A stretch of DNA of 52,575 bases from an uncultured Nitrososphaeraceae archaeon (GTDB lineage Archaea > Thermoproteota > Nitrososphaeria > Nitrososphaerales > Nitrososphaeraceae): the NCBI GenBank assembly GCA_963765895.1, contig CAVXZB010000005.1:1-52575 (forward strand). The letters are read 5' to 3'. Of the stretch, positions 1 through 12,858 are shown one piece after another. The notes beneath the pieces were generated by a model. The model had not been told where the DNA came from. It saw only the letters and a list, made by a program, of their open reading frames with translations, and did no database searches. Every line of letters begins with the position of its first letter. Positions within the stretch are counted from its first letter, which is position 1. The position numbers were made by a program, and so were the translations under genes.

Positions 1-214
1 ATTATGTTATAGTTGCTCCTCTCTTTAATCAATTCTAACTGGACTATAAAGTCCGCCTCCCGACCACATATATTGCATCTTAACGCTTCATCATCCGAGC
101 CAAGACCGAAGCGTTCCTCGTCGGTAGCGTTTTTATCCACAACGCAGCATTTGCAAATCCCTCTTAAAAGAGTTTGTGGGTTGAACTTCTCATAAGTCCG
201 ATCATACATGACAA
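1..214 (-). CDS. Left-arm partial copy of the Cys-rich hypothetical protein at 25509..25844
   Basis: Reverse-complement match to 25509-25723; cut by the window edge; 1-nt indel near the start. Confidence 0.6.
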
Positions 215-246
215 TCGTTTTGCATATTTCGATTTATCTTAAGAGG

Positions 247-1877
247 CTAACATAGTTTTATTGATCTTGCAAGTAGCAATGCACGTTTCTTATCTTCTTC
301 AAAAATGTCATCTTTCTCATACTTACCATTAAAATAGATCAGATCAATCATTTTAGAACGATCAATATTAACAACTGTGGCACCATTACCCACGCCATTT
401 GCATAAGAATTAGTTAGGATTAGCAATTTGTCGACGATACTTGAAGTTTTCACAGTATTAGCAATTTGTTCAAAATTCTTTACGTGATCCTTACTCATTA
501 TTACTGATACCGCCACTCTTGATCCTGAAGAGTCGCTATAAACTATGTCCCCTCCTTCTCTGAAGGTAAATTCAGAACTAAGTTCAGAAACAGATCCTAC
601 GTCATGCGCACAATTTACAAGATTGCGAACCGCATCACGAACATCTCTTCTAACTCTTTTAGGTCGTTACTATCTTTCTTTATCCTAATGAATTCCGATA
701 AAGGGATGGACATTATACTGCCCCTTATTTTTAGACCGGGATAGACATGCGTGATAGTATCGTCAATTGCTTTTTCATCAATAATAGTGCAGTTTCTTTT
801 TCTGTGCCGACTCCATAGCATGGTAAAAAATGTTTATCATTGACCTAACGTTTCTAAAATCCTGAAATTCATCATATATAACCTTAATTTTTGATGAAAA
901 ATCTTTTTGATCTTCCTTTGAAAACTGGCTTCCAACGTCATGGTATCTGATATATTCAAGAATAATATCATTGACTTCTTCAAAAGTATTAGATCCCGCT
1001 AAATCGATCTTGTAATTTGCTTTTTCTAATCTATCAAACACGGAAGCACTCGCTGATCGATGTCGTCATAGGCAGATGGAGTTAAATTCAATGAAATAAT
1101 ACTACTCGACAAATGCGCGTTAATAATTGCCTTTATAACGTCTAATGATATTTTGTCACAATCGAATTCATATATCTGGAATACAGTCAGTTTCTTGAGG
1201 AACTTTACGTTTAATATGGCTATAGCAGACAAGTTGCAAGAGCATCCTCGAGTGTTTCCACATTGTATACGTCATCCCTTAAGCGATGATGTAAAACTGC
1301 TTTCGCAATATTATTTTCAATGGTAGATAGTTCTTGCTTCAGTAGGTTATCAGCAGCAGTATAATCTGGGCTTAATCTATTTTCTAAGATTTGTTGGGCC
1401 TTGTAATGTATGCTCCTACCACAAAAGGAATCGATTATGCCATACCTAAATATTTTCTTAGCCCCTTTTACGTTATGTTCACTTCTTGCTCGAGAAAATA
1501 TACAATAGTTTCCGTAGTTCCACAATATCTTCTTCATTAAAGCCTGCTAATATAGCATTATACAGACTTTGAACAGTACGGGGGGAAATTTGTGAAAGGT
1601 CGGTATATGAAATAACTGAGGTGTCAGACAGGTCAGCTAATCCCTTTATATGTAAAGTTAGGTGGGTTTTACCAGATCCCACGTCCTGAATTATAGTAAC
1701 AAGTCTCGAGTCGTTGTCTTGGAAACCGCTACTAATTCTAGAATGCAAGTCATCTATACAAGACAACATGGCAAACTTTGCATCTTTGTGCCTTTTGCCA
1801 CCAATTACTAACGAGTCTGTCATTCTGGGTGTCGGACTTCCATGATATGGATTTTGCTTCAAGCCGTATGGGTACAA
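247..1877 (-). CDS. Left-arm copy of the AAA+/P-loop ATPase, split by several frameshifts
   Basis: ORF fragments 1479-1877, 1220-1537, 1026-1232, 778-1041, 615-821 and 247-516 tile the intact 544-aa protein at 23842..25476. Confidence 0.85.
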
Positions 1878-1883
1878 AGTGCT

Positions 1884-2544
1884 TCAGATACACCTCACAA
1901 ATCCGTGTAGCAAACCTCTAATCATAATTCCGTCTTTTCCACCAGTTGAAAGCTCGACCTGTCAGTATTTTTCTCAACTGTTGCTTGACCTGGTTGTAAA
2001 AGTTGTCCCGCTGATAGGCAAGTTTACTGGAGAGATCATTTTTGATTTTCTCTAATTCTACCCAGCCTATGGAATTCGAATTTTCTGCTATCGCATTGTC
2101 AAATTCCTGCATAAACTCCGCTAAATCTGTAGATTCAGTTTCGACGACAGTTGTGGCTATAGTATCAGGGTTATTGCCTAAGTGTTCAGGTCCGTTTGAT
2201 TCATTTGGTTTTGAGCCTGACGGAGTAGTATTTAGTAATGACTTTTCTAATGACCTTAATGAATCGTAGATTAATCTAAACTTTGGGTCAGAATTAAGGA
2301 GGCTTTGCAAATAATGATCCTTATGCCAGCAATAGTATGAAGTCCCTTTCTTTTCGATAAGAACGTCACCAGTCGTTACTAGTCTATGTAACAATCCTTC
2401 GAGATCAAAGCCTATAAACGATTTACGTAATTCAGATTTTTTAATTCCAAGAGGCCCTGCAGTAAGGATTTTTGCTATCACCTGCTCCTCGGTTGACATA
2501 TGGACAAGCTTCGATATCCCTATATAAGGCAGGACGTAAGACAT
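1884..2544 (-). CDS. Left-arm copy of the putative winged-helix protein, frameshifted near the C-terminus
   Basis: Near-identical to 23173..23835. Confidence 0.8.
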
Positions 2545-2616
2545 TGCTTAATCTTTGATTAATATGTTTAAACCAGTAAAGAAAAGGTATTAATATATTG
2601 AAAATGACTGTTTTCC

Positions 2617-2668
2617 GGATGATGAATATCCTATCTGAATTGTGATGAAAGCACTAGGGTATCTGACA
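2617..2668 (+). ncRNA. Box C/D methylation guide sRNA (left-arm copy)
   Basis: C box ATGATGA 2619-2625, D' CTGA 2635-2638, C' GTGATGA 2642-2648, D CTGA 2663-2666. BRE/TATA-like gaaaaggtattaatatat lies at 2581-2598. Confidence 0.88.
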
Positions 2669-2782
2669 CAATAAATGAAACGACCTTGAATCTAGCACTT
2701 TTAACTGGTAAAATGTTGGCATTTTGCCTTTTCTAGATTTCCTTAAATTCTATATCAACGCTTCTTGAACCATCCATCGTGT

Positions 2783-4958
2783 TTAGATAGTAGTAAACTC
2801 CCTCTGATTCTTATCACCAACTCTTTTAACAAGAATAAACATCCAAAAAATGGTCGCTATCCATCCAATTGTAACAAGTATATTCGATAAGCTTAGATAC
2901 AAATAGGGTGTGATTTCTGATAAATTATCTTCTATAATCTTTATTGACATTCGCAAGTCCCCAAGCCCTGTGTTATAACCTGAAGTATCTATGCCTAGAC
3001 TTGTAATTCTCTTTGCACGGAGGGCCATTTCGTCTAGTTCATCATGAATTAACGAGAAATCTGTGGAGGGATTTGGAAAAATCCAAACAGGATTACCCGA
3101 AGTAGGCAATAATGTGGAAACCATTCTTAAATACTTCACCATAGACTGGGGACTCTGAGAAGCCTCAGCCCTTGACAAATAGCCTAAAGCCTTCTCCGAG
3201 GGATATATGGTATTTTGATATCCAGTATAGGCCAGGCCAACCCCGAGGGCTATCAATATTATCATTGTAAGTAGAATAATTTTACTACGATCAATTTTCA
3301 TAATATCATTACGAAAGTCTCTCCAACTTAATTTCTTCGATATGAACCCGACCTTTGGAATAGCTTGATAGTCCCTGAAGAGGGGTCGTAAAGTACGTGT
3401 CTTGAAGTTGTAAGGGCCTCCGATTCTTCAACGGATGGTATGCGCTTACGTGGGATATCCTGTTGTATTTCTTTATTAAATGAATGAGTAATACCAAAAT
3501 ATACAACGTATGCAAAACCTAATGTCTGTATTACGATAAATGGCATGAACACAGCATTTCGTGAAACAATTGATATGTAGATGGCTATACAGCCATAAAT
3601 GCAGAAAAATGATTCTAACAGTGTAGTTTTTGTAAATGGCAAGGCATATGATTTATGTCGCCACTCATCATTGCGATTAATCACTCCAAACTTTGGGGTC
3701 CGTAAAAATTCATTTCTCTTGTCAATAAGCGCATCAAAGATGGCGATAGTATTATTAATCGAAATTCCGCTAGCAAATAATACTAAAAAGAAATACTGCT
3801 TTGCCTTTTCCCTCCATCTATTTCCCCAAATTTTTCGTATTATGTAGATCTGTGCGGCTGGGCCCATAAGTACGTAAACGAGTATTCCAAGTACTGTGGT
3901 TAATGTAACAGTATGAAGATTGTCCATTGCAAGTAATATTGGAAATATCAGAAACTGGATTAGAAATAGCGGATGTACAAAATGCCGAGTTAATTGCATA
4001 AATGCCTGAATTTTCGCCTCAAAAGAAATTTTTCTTCCGAGCAATAAATCAACCATTAACTTGAGTGATACCTGCGTCGATCCCTTTGCCCACCTAAATT
4101 GCTGCCTTTTTGCTGCATTCATCTGGACTGGAAGTTCACCGTGCACGACTGTATCTTCTAATAACAGACACTTCCATCCCTTCAGTTGGGCCCGAAAACT
4201 CAAATCAAGATCCTCTACAAGTGTACTTGTTTGCCATCCACCTGCGTCTTGTATACAATCTGTTCTCCAAATTCCGGCTGTTCCGTTAAAATTCATAAAG
4301 AGATTTGTCATGCTTTTTGCCTTTTGCTCAATCAAGAAGTGAAGGTCAAGAGACAATGCTTGTGCAGCGGTTAAACTGGAATAATTCTCGTTGAAGTGTG
4401 CCCATCTACATTGGACGAAGCCAACTCGTTGATCATAGAAATGTATCAAGGTATCTCTGAGAAATGAAGATGAAGGAACAAAATCAGCATCGAAAATGGC
4501 CACGAAGTCGCCCTTGAGAGACCTCATTCCCTCACTTAGGGCCCCAGCCTTATACCCTGTTCGATCCTTCTCTCGATGCAGGTAGACGATATCGAATCCT
4601 TTGGCGTGTACTCGCCGATGGCAGTTCTTATTAATCTGCATGTATCATCATCTGAATCATCCAATACTTGAATCTGCATTCTATCCTTGGGGTAATCCAG
4701 ATTGCAGACAGCTTGGAGTACACGCAATGCTACATATTTTTCGTTGTAGAATGGGAGCTGTATACTAACCACTGGCAGATTCATGGATTTAGCTTGGCTT
4801 GATGAATGTCTATATCGTTTATGCCTCGAGTTGTGATGTGATCGATAAAAAAGATAGTAGAAGTTGAGTGTATATAAAGTCATTATCCAAGCGACAGAGA
4901 CAAAAATAATATACAGAAAAATTTCTAGTCCGAACATTAAGAATCCTTTCTTAGCCAA
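2783..4958 (-). CDS. Left-arm copy of the cellulose-synthase-like GT2 plus C-terminal membrane domain (frameshifted)
   Basis: ORFs 4536-4958, 3328-4641 and 2783-3301; FDADF, EDLDL and QQFRW motifs. Confidence 0.85.
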
Positions 4959-5107
4959 CCTGATATTGCAATGTTTTCAAGATCCGACAACAGGCTAATT
5001 ATCTACAAATCTGTTGATCCTATTGACATTGTTTTCCTGCTCAGAACACCAATTCTCAAATTTCGCAATAAATTGAATTGAGGGCTTACAATGTCATCTG
5101 GATTTGG

Positions 5108-6154
<1,047 letters not shown>

Positions 6155-6193
6155 TTATAATCGTGGAGTTAGAGGCTAAAAGTATTTCGATTG

Positions 6194-6500
6194 TTAATCA
6201 TCAGGGCATGTCATTTCTCTTATCTCTCGATATTTGGTGTCGAGTCCCTCTGCGATTGTGATTACGTCTCCTATCAGATATTTAGCTTTGGTAAAGTACC
6301 ATCTTATAGCAACCCTATGCCCGATACCATCGATATCGTATATCATCCCTTTGTCTGCCTCAGCATTAAATTTGTCATCATAGCTCTTTTCAAGGTACTT
6401 CCAGTCCCTTCTTAGTTCTATCTTCAAGTACGAAGGATTGACCCTCGTCGAAAATAGAATAAAACTGGCCTGTTTTTACAGGAGCATTTTGATTAGTCAT
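6194..6500 (-). CDS. Left-arm copy of the hypothetical protein at 19208..19519 (frameshifted)
   Basis: Same C-terminus (KGMIYDIDGIGHRVAIRWYF...TCPDD). Confidence 0.7.
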
Positions 6501-6514
6501 TACCAATCCAGTTA

Positions 6515-7378
6515 TTATTTTTCTATGGGATTTCCGATCATATTACCCCATTCCGTCCAAGACCCATCATAATTTCGTACTGAGGGATAACCTAAGAGAT
6601 ATTTTAATACAAACCAACTATGCGATGACCTTTCTCCTATTCTGCAATAACAAATTACATGCTTATCAGGCGTGACATCCTTGCCTTCATACAATGTCTT
6701 TAGCTCACTAACATTCTTGAAAGTTCCATCTATGTCATTTACGGCTTGAGCCCATGGTATATTTTGAGCTCCTGGAATATGTCCGCCTCTCTGGGCATGT
6801 TCTGAAGGATATTCTGGAGGTGCGGTAATTTCGCCAGAAAATTCTTTGGGGGACCGAACATCAACAAGAACAGATTCAGCTTTCTTCATAACTCTGCTTA
6901 CGTCCTGAAGATAGGCACGAATACCTTCCTCAATTGGTTTTGCAACATAGCTGGAAGACTCGCTCTCGGGCTGGTCCGTAGAATATGTTCGCTTTTCCAA
7001 TTCCCACTTCTTTCTACCTCCGTTCATTATTTTTATATTCGAATGCCCATAATACTTAAATACCCAGAAAGCAAATGCAGCAAACCAATTATTAAAATCA
7101 CCATATAATACAATAGTCGAATCGGAATTTGCCCCGACTCTGGACATTAATTTCTCGAACTCCTTCTTGCTTATTATATCTCGCCTTATTCCATCATTTA
7201 TATCCTTTTTCCACCAAACTAGATGGGCTCCTGGTATGTGTCCCTTTCGATATGCGTTTTCAGGATCGTAGTCGACCTCAAGGATAATTGTATCCGGTTT
7301 GTTATCCAATTTAGTTGCGACCCAGTCAGTCTCGCAAAGAACCTCGGGATGAGAATAATTACTTGAACCTTGTGGCAT
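6515..7378 (-). CDS. Thiosulfate sulfurtransferase (tandem rhodanese, CysA/SseA type), left-arm copy
   Basis: GHIPGA occurs twice; active-site YCRIGER; C-terminal YDGSWTEW signature. Start placed at ATG 7378. Confidence 0.93.
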   Translation of the reverse strand: MPQGSSNYSHPEVLCETDWVATKLDNKPDTIILEVDYDPENAYRKGHIPGAHLVWWKKDINDGIRRDIISKKEFEKLMSRVGANSDSTIVLYGDFNNWFAAFAFWVFKYYGHSNIKIMNGGRKKWELEKRTYSTDQPESESSSYVAKPIEEGIRAYLQDVSRVMKKAESVLVDVRSPKEFSGEITAPPEYPSEHAQRGGHIPGAQNIPWAQAVNDIDGTFKNVSELKTLYEGKDVTPDKHVICYCRIGERSSHSWFVLKYLLGYPSVRNYDGSWTEWGNMIGNPIEK

Positions 7379-7689
7379 AAATTTGATAACGTACGTACCG
7401 GTTAAAATAGTTATCAAACTAAATATTGTTTGAATTGAGAATAAGCAAGACTTTAACTATTGCATTGATGCCGTCCACAAGCGTCGCATTCTTTCAGTCT
7501 ATAATTGATTGCATATGGAGCACAGCCTAGCGCTCGTGAAATTATAGGATACGACTGTCATCGGGACTATTAGTAAAAAATTTAGTCTCAGTTATCAAGT
7601 GCTGATTTTTAGGTTATCGATCACTAATCACTGGTAATTCACAAGAAAAGAAAGATTAAATTAACAATTATTCTGGCTTATTCTATATA

Positions 7690-7788
7690 GGGCCGGTAGT
7701 TTAGTCTGGTAGAATACCTGCCTTGCATGCATGTACTTATATGCAGAGGATACGTAGGTGGTCGTGGGTTCAAATCCCACCCGGTCCA
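7690..7788 (+). tRNA. tRNA-Ala(UGC) with a 25-nt intron (7727-7751), left-arm copy
   Basis: Acceptor stem GGGCCGG/CCGGTCC with the G3:U70 Ala identity pair; anticodon stem CCTGC/GTAGG; anticodon TGC 7724-7726; T-arm GTGGG-TTCAAAT-CCCAC; bulge-helix-bulge at the exon junctions. Confidence 0.95.
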
Positions 7789-9082
7789 TCAAAGAATTCA
7801 GCTTTAGGCTTTTGGAAAGAAGGTCTTTAACATTGGCGTCCAACATGTGTCACAACACCGAATTACCCAATTTGATACTTCTACTCCAGTCTAATTATTG
7901 AATTGTATTAATCATCACGACTCGTTGCGTACCGATTGGGATTATACGCTACTAAATTGTTGTCTAAATCAAGGATAGTATAGATAAATGTCTATTTTTA
8001 GGAGCGACTTTTCAAGATAAGTTTGCCAGAATGCGTTACCTTTTCCAAGAATAACATTATATGGATACAAATTAGAGATTATGAAATTATTCCCAACCAC
8101 AATCCAACAACAACAGACCTTCTCGCTAATCGTTAACTTCACGTCCATGGCCAAGGACAAACTATTGATTCCAATGACAGTATCAGCCACACAACTAAAT
8201 TCTCTTCGAGCATACGAGCAAGCAATAGAAGCAGATTTACCATCCAATTTATCAATTCTGAAATGGGTCAAACAAATATCTCATTCATAAAAATGGGTCA
8301 CCTTTACACCTGGAATTGCGTCCAGTGTTAGGAAACAAGCGTCCGATTCGAGATCCTGATTATTTGAAGTTGTTACAGTTAAACATTGGCTGATCTGAAA
8401 AGTGAAGTGTCTGATTTTAAGGCTGCACGTTCTTAAAATTCGCATCTGTAGGAAAAGGGATGTGCCTGTACCAAACAGTGTATAGCACCTTAACAATAAT
8501 GGAAATGAAGTATTTCATAACTATTGATATGTGGTATCAAGTCCTGTCAAAATTCTCGACCTTTGATTAACTTCCATTTTTAGTCTCAGAAAAATATCAT
8601 AGGAAGGCCAATTATTACTGAACAAATCACTTGAGATTATTCCCAAGAATGAAGATTAATAATGATAATAAGTAGTACCACGTTGTGAATTGGTCCAGTG
8701 AGACATCGGAGATCTTTTTAAGGAATAAATAAGTAGAGTCCTAACGTGGAAGCCTCAGGTAGCACTTCGAGATGGTGATTACAAGAATTACAACTTATAG
8801 ATGGCAGGAATTTGTGACATCCTAGGTACCAGTATTAAGAATACCTATAGGAGTTACATTTAGTTAAAGTCAGGGCTTGGTAGATGTGACGAGGTACAAT
8901 TACGTGCATTTATTCGGTAGATGTTTTAGAGTTCCGCTGCTGTCGTCGAGACTAGATTAAAAATGCTGATTATATTCATAGTATTTTCTTACATTCGATT
9001 AACTTGTCATTGACTTACGGTAGGAAATGCTTGACTATTATTCGTGCTGAGTTCAGAGCATTTCTAATATATTATTAAGCCG

Positions 9083-9535
9083 TTGAAAAATAGGATGCTA
9101 CATAAATACTCTATACAGATAAGTATAGTGACATTTATCGCGTTATCGCTTGCTTTAATGTTATCAGTTTGTTCCTCTGAGTCTATAATGGCTTCTAGTC
9201 GAAACGATCATAACAATCAGGACAAAAAATCGCACGATAATAATCACAGTAGAGCAGATAGTCGAAACGATCATAACAATCAGGACAAAAAATCGCACGA
9301 TAATAATCACAGTAGAGCAGATAGTCGAAACGATCATAACAATCAGAACGCCGAGTCTAAGGATAATACGGGTGATAGAGCAGATGTTGCAACGACTGGC
9401 AATCAGAATATAAGCTGCATGGGAAGCTTTATGAGTTGTAGAAATGATATTACTAACATAGTATGTTCACATGTAACATACTGCTTTATAGGACCAACTA
9501 CTCCTTTTATGATGGCGAATCCTACGCAACAGTAA
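9083..9535 (+). CDS. Secreted or membrane-anchored protein with His/Asn/Asp-rich 21-aa repeats and a 4-Cys C-terminus (intact copy)
   Basis: Basic N-terminus plus hydrophobic helix; about 2.4 copies of SRNDHNNQDKKSHDNNHSRAD; four Cys in the last ~40 aa. Confidence 0.75.
   Translation: MKNRMLHKYSIQISIVTFIALSLALMLSVCSSESIMASSRNDHNNQDKKSHDNNHSRADSRNDHNNQDKKSHDNNHSRADSRNDHNNQNAESKDNTGDRADVATTGNQNISCMGSFMSCRNDITNIVCSHVTYCFIGPTTPFMMANPTQQ
9196..9346 (+). repeat. Perfect in-frame 63-bp tandem repeat, about 2.4 copies
   Basis: Unit agtcgaaacgatcataacaatcag... begins at 9197, 9260 and 9323. Confidence 0.95.
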
Positions 9536-9685
9536 TCTTGCATCGGATATTGAAATTCGCACTCTGGTCGCCAATATTATCGACGGTCGAAAAAGCTATT
9601 GTATTTTAGTTAAGTATATTATTAGTATGATTTTTGCTATTACGATCAATTCCTTCATATTGGTATTTTGTGTTGATTAGCTGAG

Positions 9686-10330
9686 TTGATGTTACCAAGC
9701 TCAGTAATCTATTATGTAGTGCCACGACTACAACAATTGATCGCTGATAAAGTTGTTCAAAGTGGTAAATGTACTTCATTAAAATATATTTGTGGAATAG
9801 ACGTTTCGTATAAAGGTGATCGTGCTTTTGGTGCTGCAGTAGTAATGGACAGCACAAGTTTTGATACAGTAGAAGTTGCAGAATCTGTAACGCCGATTAA
9901 ATTTCCTTATATTCCAGGTGCATTTATTTTGAGAGAAGGAGCACCGATCCTGCATACTATGAGATTATTGAGATGTGATTTTGATGTACTAATACTCGAC
10001 GGTCATGGAGTGCTGCATCCACGGAAATGCGGACTGGCTTCATTTATCGGAGTGCTAATTAATAAACCTACAATAGGAATTGCTAAGAAACTCCTATGCG
10101 GTGAAGTTAATAGCAAACATTTTGTTGAAATAGATGGAACAATTTGTGGTTTTATGCATACGAATCCTCTAAATAAACGTGTTTACGTTAGTGTTGGGAA
10201 CAGGATTAGCCTAACTGACTCGATTAATTTAGTAAGGAAACTAATAAAGATAGGACAGAACATTCCTGAACCCCTAAGGCTTGCAGACCTTCATTCAAGA
10301 TACCATTGTAAACTTTTCTTGCCTAACTAA
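9686..10330 (+). CDS. nfi: Endonuclease V (intact copy)
   Basis: GIDVSY, FPYIPGAFILRE, LDGHGVLHPRKCGLAS, PTIGIAK and PEPLRLAD motifs. Confidence 0.95.
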   Translation: MMLPSSVIYYVVPRLQQLIADKVVQSGKCTSLKYICGIDVSYKGDRAFGAAVVMDSTSFDTVEVAESVTPIKFPYIPGAFILREGAPILHTMRLLRCDFDVLILDGHGVLHPRKCGLASFIGVLINKPTIGIAKKLLCGEVNSKHFVEIDGTICGFMHTNPLNKRVYVSVGNRISLTDSINLVRKLIKIGQNIPEPLRLADLHSRYHCKLFLPN

Positions 10331-10397
10331 AATTCACATGCGGTCTAATTTTCAAAGCCGTAAGAAATAAGTTGGAGATTAGCAATACGATTTTGTA

Positions 10398-10687
10398 TTG
10401 TCATTCTTCGGAGGGGGGATCAGAATAATAAAGTCGACAAGAGCAAATATGAACATCTGACTATGGCTATCCGACAAACTGTTCTGGAAAGGGCACATAA
10501 GAGATGCCAAAAATGTTCAGTGAAATTTAGCGGAAGTATATCGCCCCATTTTGAACATATTAATGGTTCCCACAAGGACAATAGACCAGTTAATCTTCGA
10601 GCACTGTGTCCAAAGTGTTTCAAGTCTGTAGAAAAGAAGGAGAATAGAAAGGGACTTTTGGGAACTATTCGAAATAAGTTTTCATGA
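10398..10687 (+). CDS. Left-arm copy of the small HNH-like protein (homopolymer indel near the start)
   Basis: Matches 15025..15315; ORF track shows 10463..10687. Confidence 0.75.
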
Positions 10688-10828
10688 TTTAGATGTCAGG
10701 AAATTTGGACTTGTGTTCTTCGAACAAAATTGCTCTATCTTTGTAACGCCCCTGTTAGAATCGCCCTCCACGTGAGGCCATCCTTCACCCAGGAAGGTTT
10801 TTCCGCAATATGCGCATGTCTTTTCCAT
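10682..10828 (-). CDS. Left-arm copy of the 48-aa CxxC...FCS Zn-finger protein
   Basis: MEKTCAYCGKTF... matches 14884..15030; C-terminus altered by indels. Confidence 0.6.
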   Translation of the reverse strand: MEKTCAYCGKTFLGEGWPHVEGDSNRGVTKIEQFCSKNTSPNFLTSKS

Positions 10829-11026
10829 TAGATCTTTGTGGAAGCGATGCGACTTATAGAGGTTTGACCAGTCGTTTATTACAGTAATATCAGTGATAAG
10901 AAAATTCGAATACTCTTGCATTCCCAGGTGGGCTTATCTTTTGATATTGGCTGGCGATTTCATCCTGTTGATCACATCACTAAAATCATAACCTCTATAT
11001 TTTTCTGTCCGTAAATCATCAGCATC

Positions 11027-12858
11027 ATGATCGTGAGCAATTAATATGCGATGTATGTAAGAGGATAATACTGGAAAAACAAGGGAAGAACGTTCAAGAT
11101 CAGGGAAAATTTCCGATAAGCGAACAAGAAGCCATGGTAATCGACAAGGAACATAGGGGACATCAATGTCTGATCGACGTAGTAGAAAAAGAATAAAAAG
11201 GATATGAACTATAAAACTTAGCCAATACGTCTATCCCTTATAGATAAGATAGTATCAAATCCGATTTTACTACGTTAATAGGTACATAGGAAGTATCAGC
11301 TGTACGTTGACAAACAGTCATATCTCAACAGTACAAGGTAGATACTCAAACTTGAGAGATTACTTAGAACCGATAACGTGGTATAAGCACATTCATTGGT
11401 GTAGGATATCGCTATCAGGATGTTTATATGAATATTTTCCCGTTATTTGAAGACAAGAGAGACGCTTTAAAAGTTGTGGAAGAAAGTGGTCGATTGGTGG
11501 CCCGATGATAAGATTATGCCCTCACTTTTGTCGAAACAGAGACTAGATATTGGTTTATTTATATTGTAAGTCGTCTTTATATGGATTAGAATCTAGGTTT
11601 CGTAAAAAGAGAAGACCCTGATGTCTGAGAATTACCAAAAATTTAAACACGGAGTCGAAAAGATCGCACTCTTGCGTTTCGGTATTTATAAGACCAAAGA
11701 GCCGAAAGTCGTATAGCTAAGGTCCTGAGAATGACCTTGAATTGCTGAAAAAAATAAGAACTGAATTTATAGTATTCTCTTTCAACGCTATCAGGATTTA
11801 TCACCTTATAGTGTTGAGTATAATAGCATAAAGTATAGTGATAGTTATATGTATAAGGCATACTCCATGTGTCGATGGGTGTTCAGATTGTTGTATATAT
11901 AGAGAAGCACTTTCCATCAAATACAGTCACGGTAAGACTGGTGTCTTGCTGTTACCACACCTAAAATCAAAGATTGAGGAAAAGTGCCCGAAGGAATAAT
12001 TTGGAAATTAAAATCCTGCCACGAGTAGGAATAGGTAGGAATAGCCTTGGTGATGGTCCTGAAGAAATTTTAATGTATCAGATTCTCATGGAAGGCAATA
12101 AAATAGAATAACTGTCCTTTTTCTTGATACCTATTCAGACTCTAGAAGCCCCAAATGTGGGCTATCGATGTATAATTTATCAAGCATGTTTATTGCATGC
12201 TGTGTTACTAGTTACTGAAATACTCGAAGAATTGGGATCCAGCTGTTAGATTCCAGATGTCAAATTCCTGGAACTGCGAATCTTGACAAACCCAAAACAA
12301 CCCACCCTGATCAGGGAATTTGCTGGGGTGAATTAACAATAAAGAGACAAGTAAGGATTGACAGGAATACTCCAGTTTGGAGATATGCTACCCATATTGG
12401 CCGAGGAGGGAGACAGTGCAAGATTTTTTCCTGAGGGATGGCTCCATCCAGGATATATAATCCTTCCACATTCAGGTACGTATCTATAATTTGAAGATAA
12501 GATATCCAGATTCAATATTATTTGAAGAAGGGTTATTTTCTTATAGAAGAAGAAATTGAAACTCAGCTGGAGATGCGAATAATGAAAATATTTAAATTTC
12601 ACACGGGTGCCCTTTTTTAATAATGCATAAGAATGAACTGAAAAAATCGTCATCTGTATAGAAACGATTGCAATCTCTGGATTTCTGCTTTTGTCAGTAA
12701 CAGCAGCTGGCACACAGTCCTCACATCAGGCATTTGCACAAGGCGGTATCAGCTCCCAACAAACAGCTGAACAATTCAACAATGCGGGGGCATCGAAAAA
12801 CAATACAACATCACCCTCAGGCTCTGCGGGTGGAAACGCATCAAGCCCATCTGACTAC
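11027..12858 (+). other. Error-rich mirror copy of 12894..14685 (microprotein, hypothetical, YkgJ, secreted protein)
   Basis: Recognisable reverse complement of the right arm, but dense indels and substitutions break the reading frames. Confidence 0.85.

Noticed and set aside
247-1877. Pseudogenised ATPase
   Set aside because: The mirror copy is intact and the indel pattern matches the error profile seen across the window.
7661-7846. 61-aa ORFs over tRNA genes (also 17868..18053 and 29384..29569)
   Set aside because: They overlap well-formed tRNA genes and are shadow ORFs.
7969-8496. Short ORFs downstream of tRNA-Ala (mirrored at 17009..17712)
   Set aside because: Lengths and frames differ between arms, they overlap on both strands and show no recognisable motifs.
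9196-9346. Possible CRISPR array
   Set aside because: The units are contiguous 63-bp repeats with no unique spacers, in frame within a CDS; no cas genes are present.
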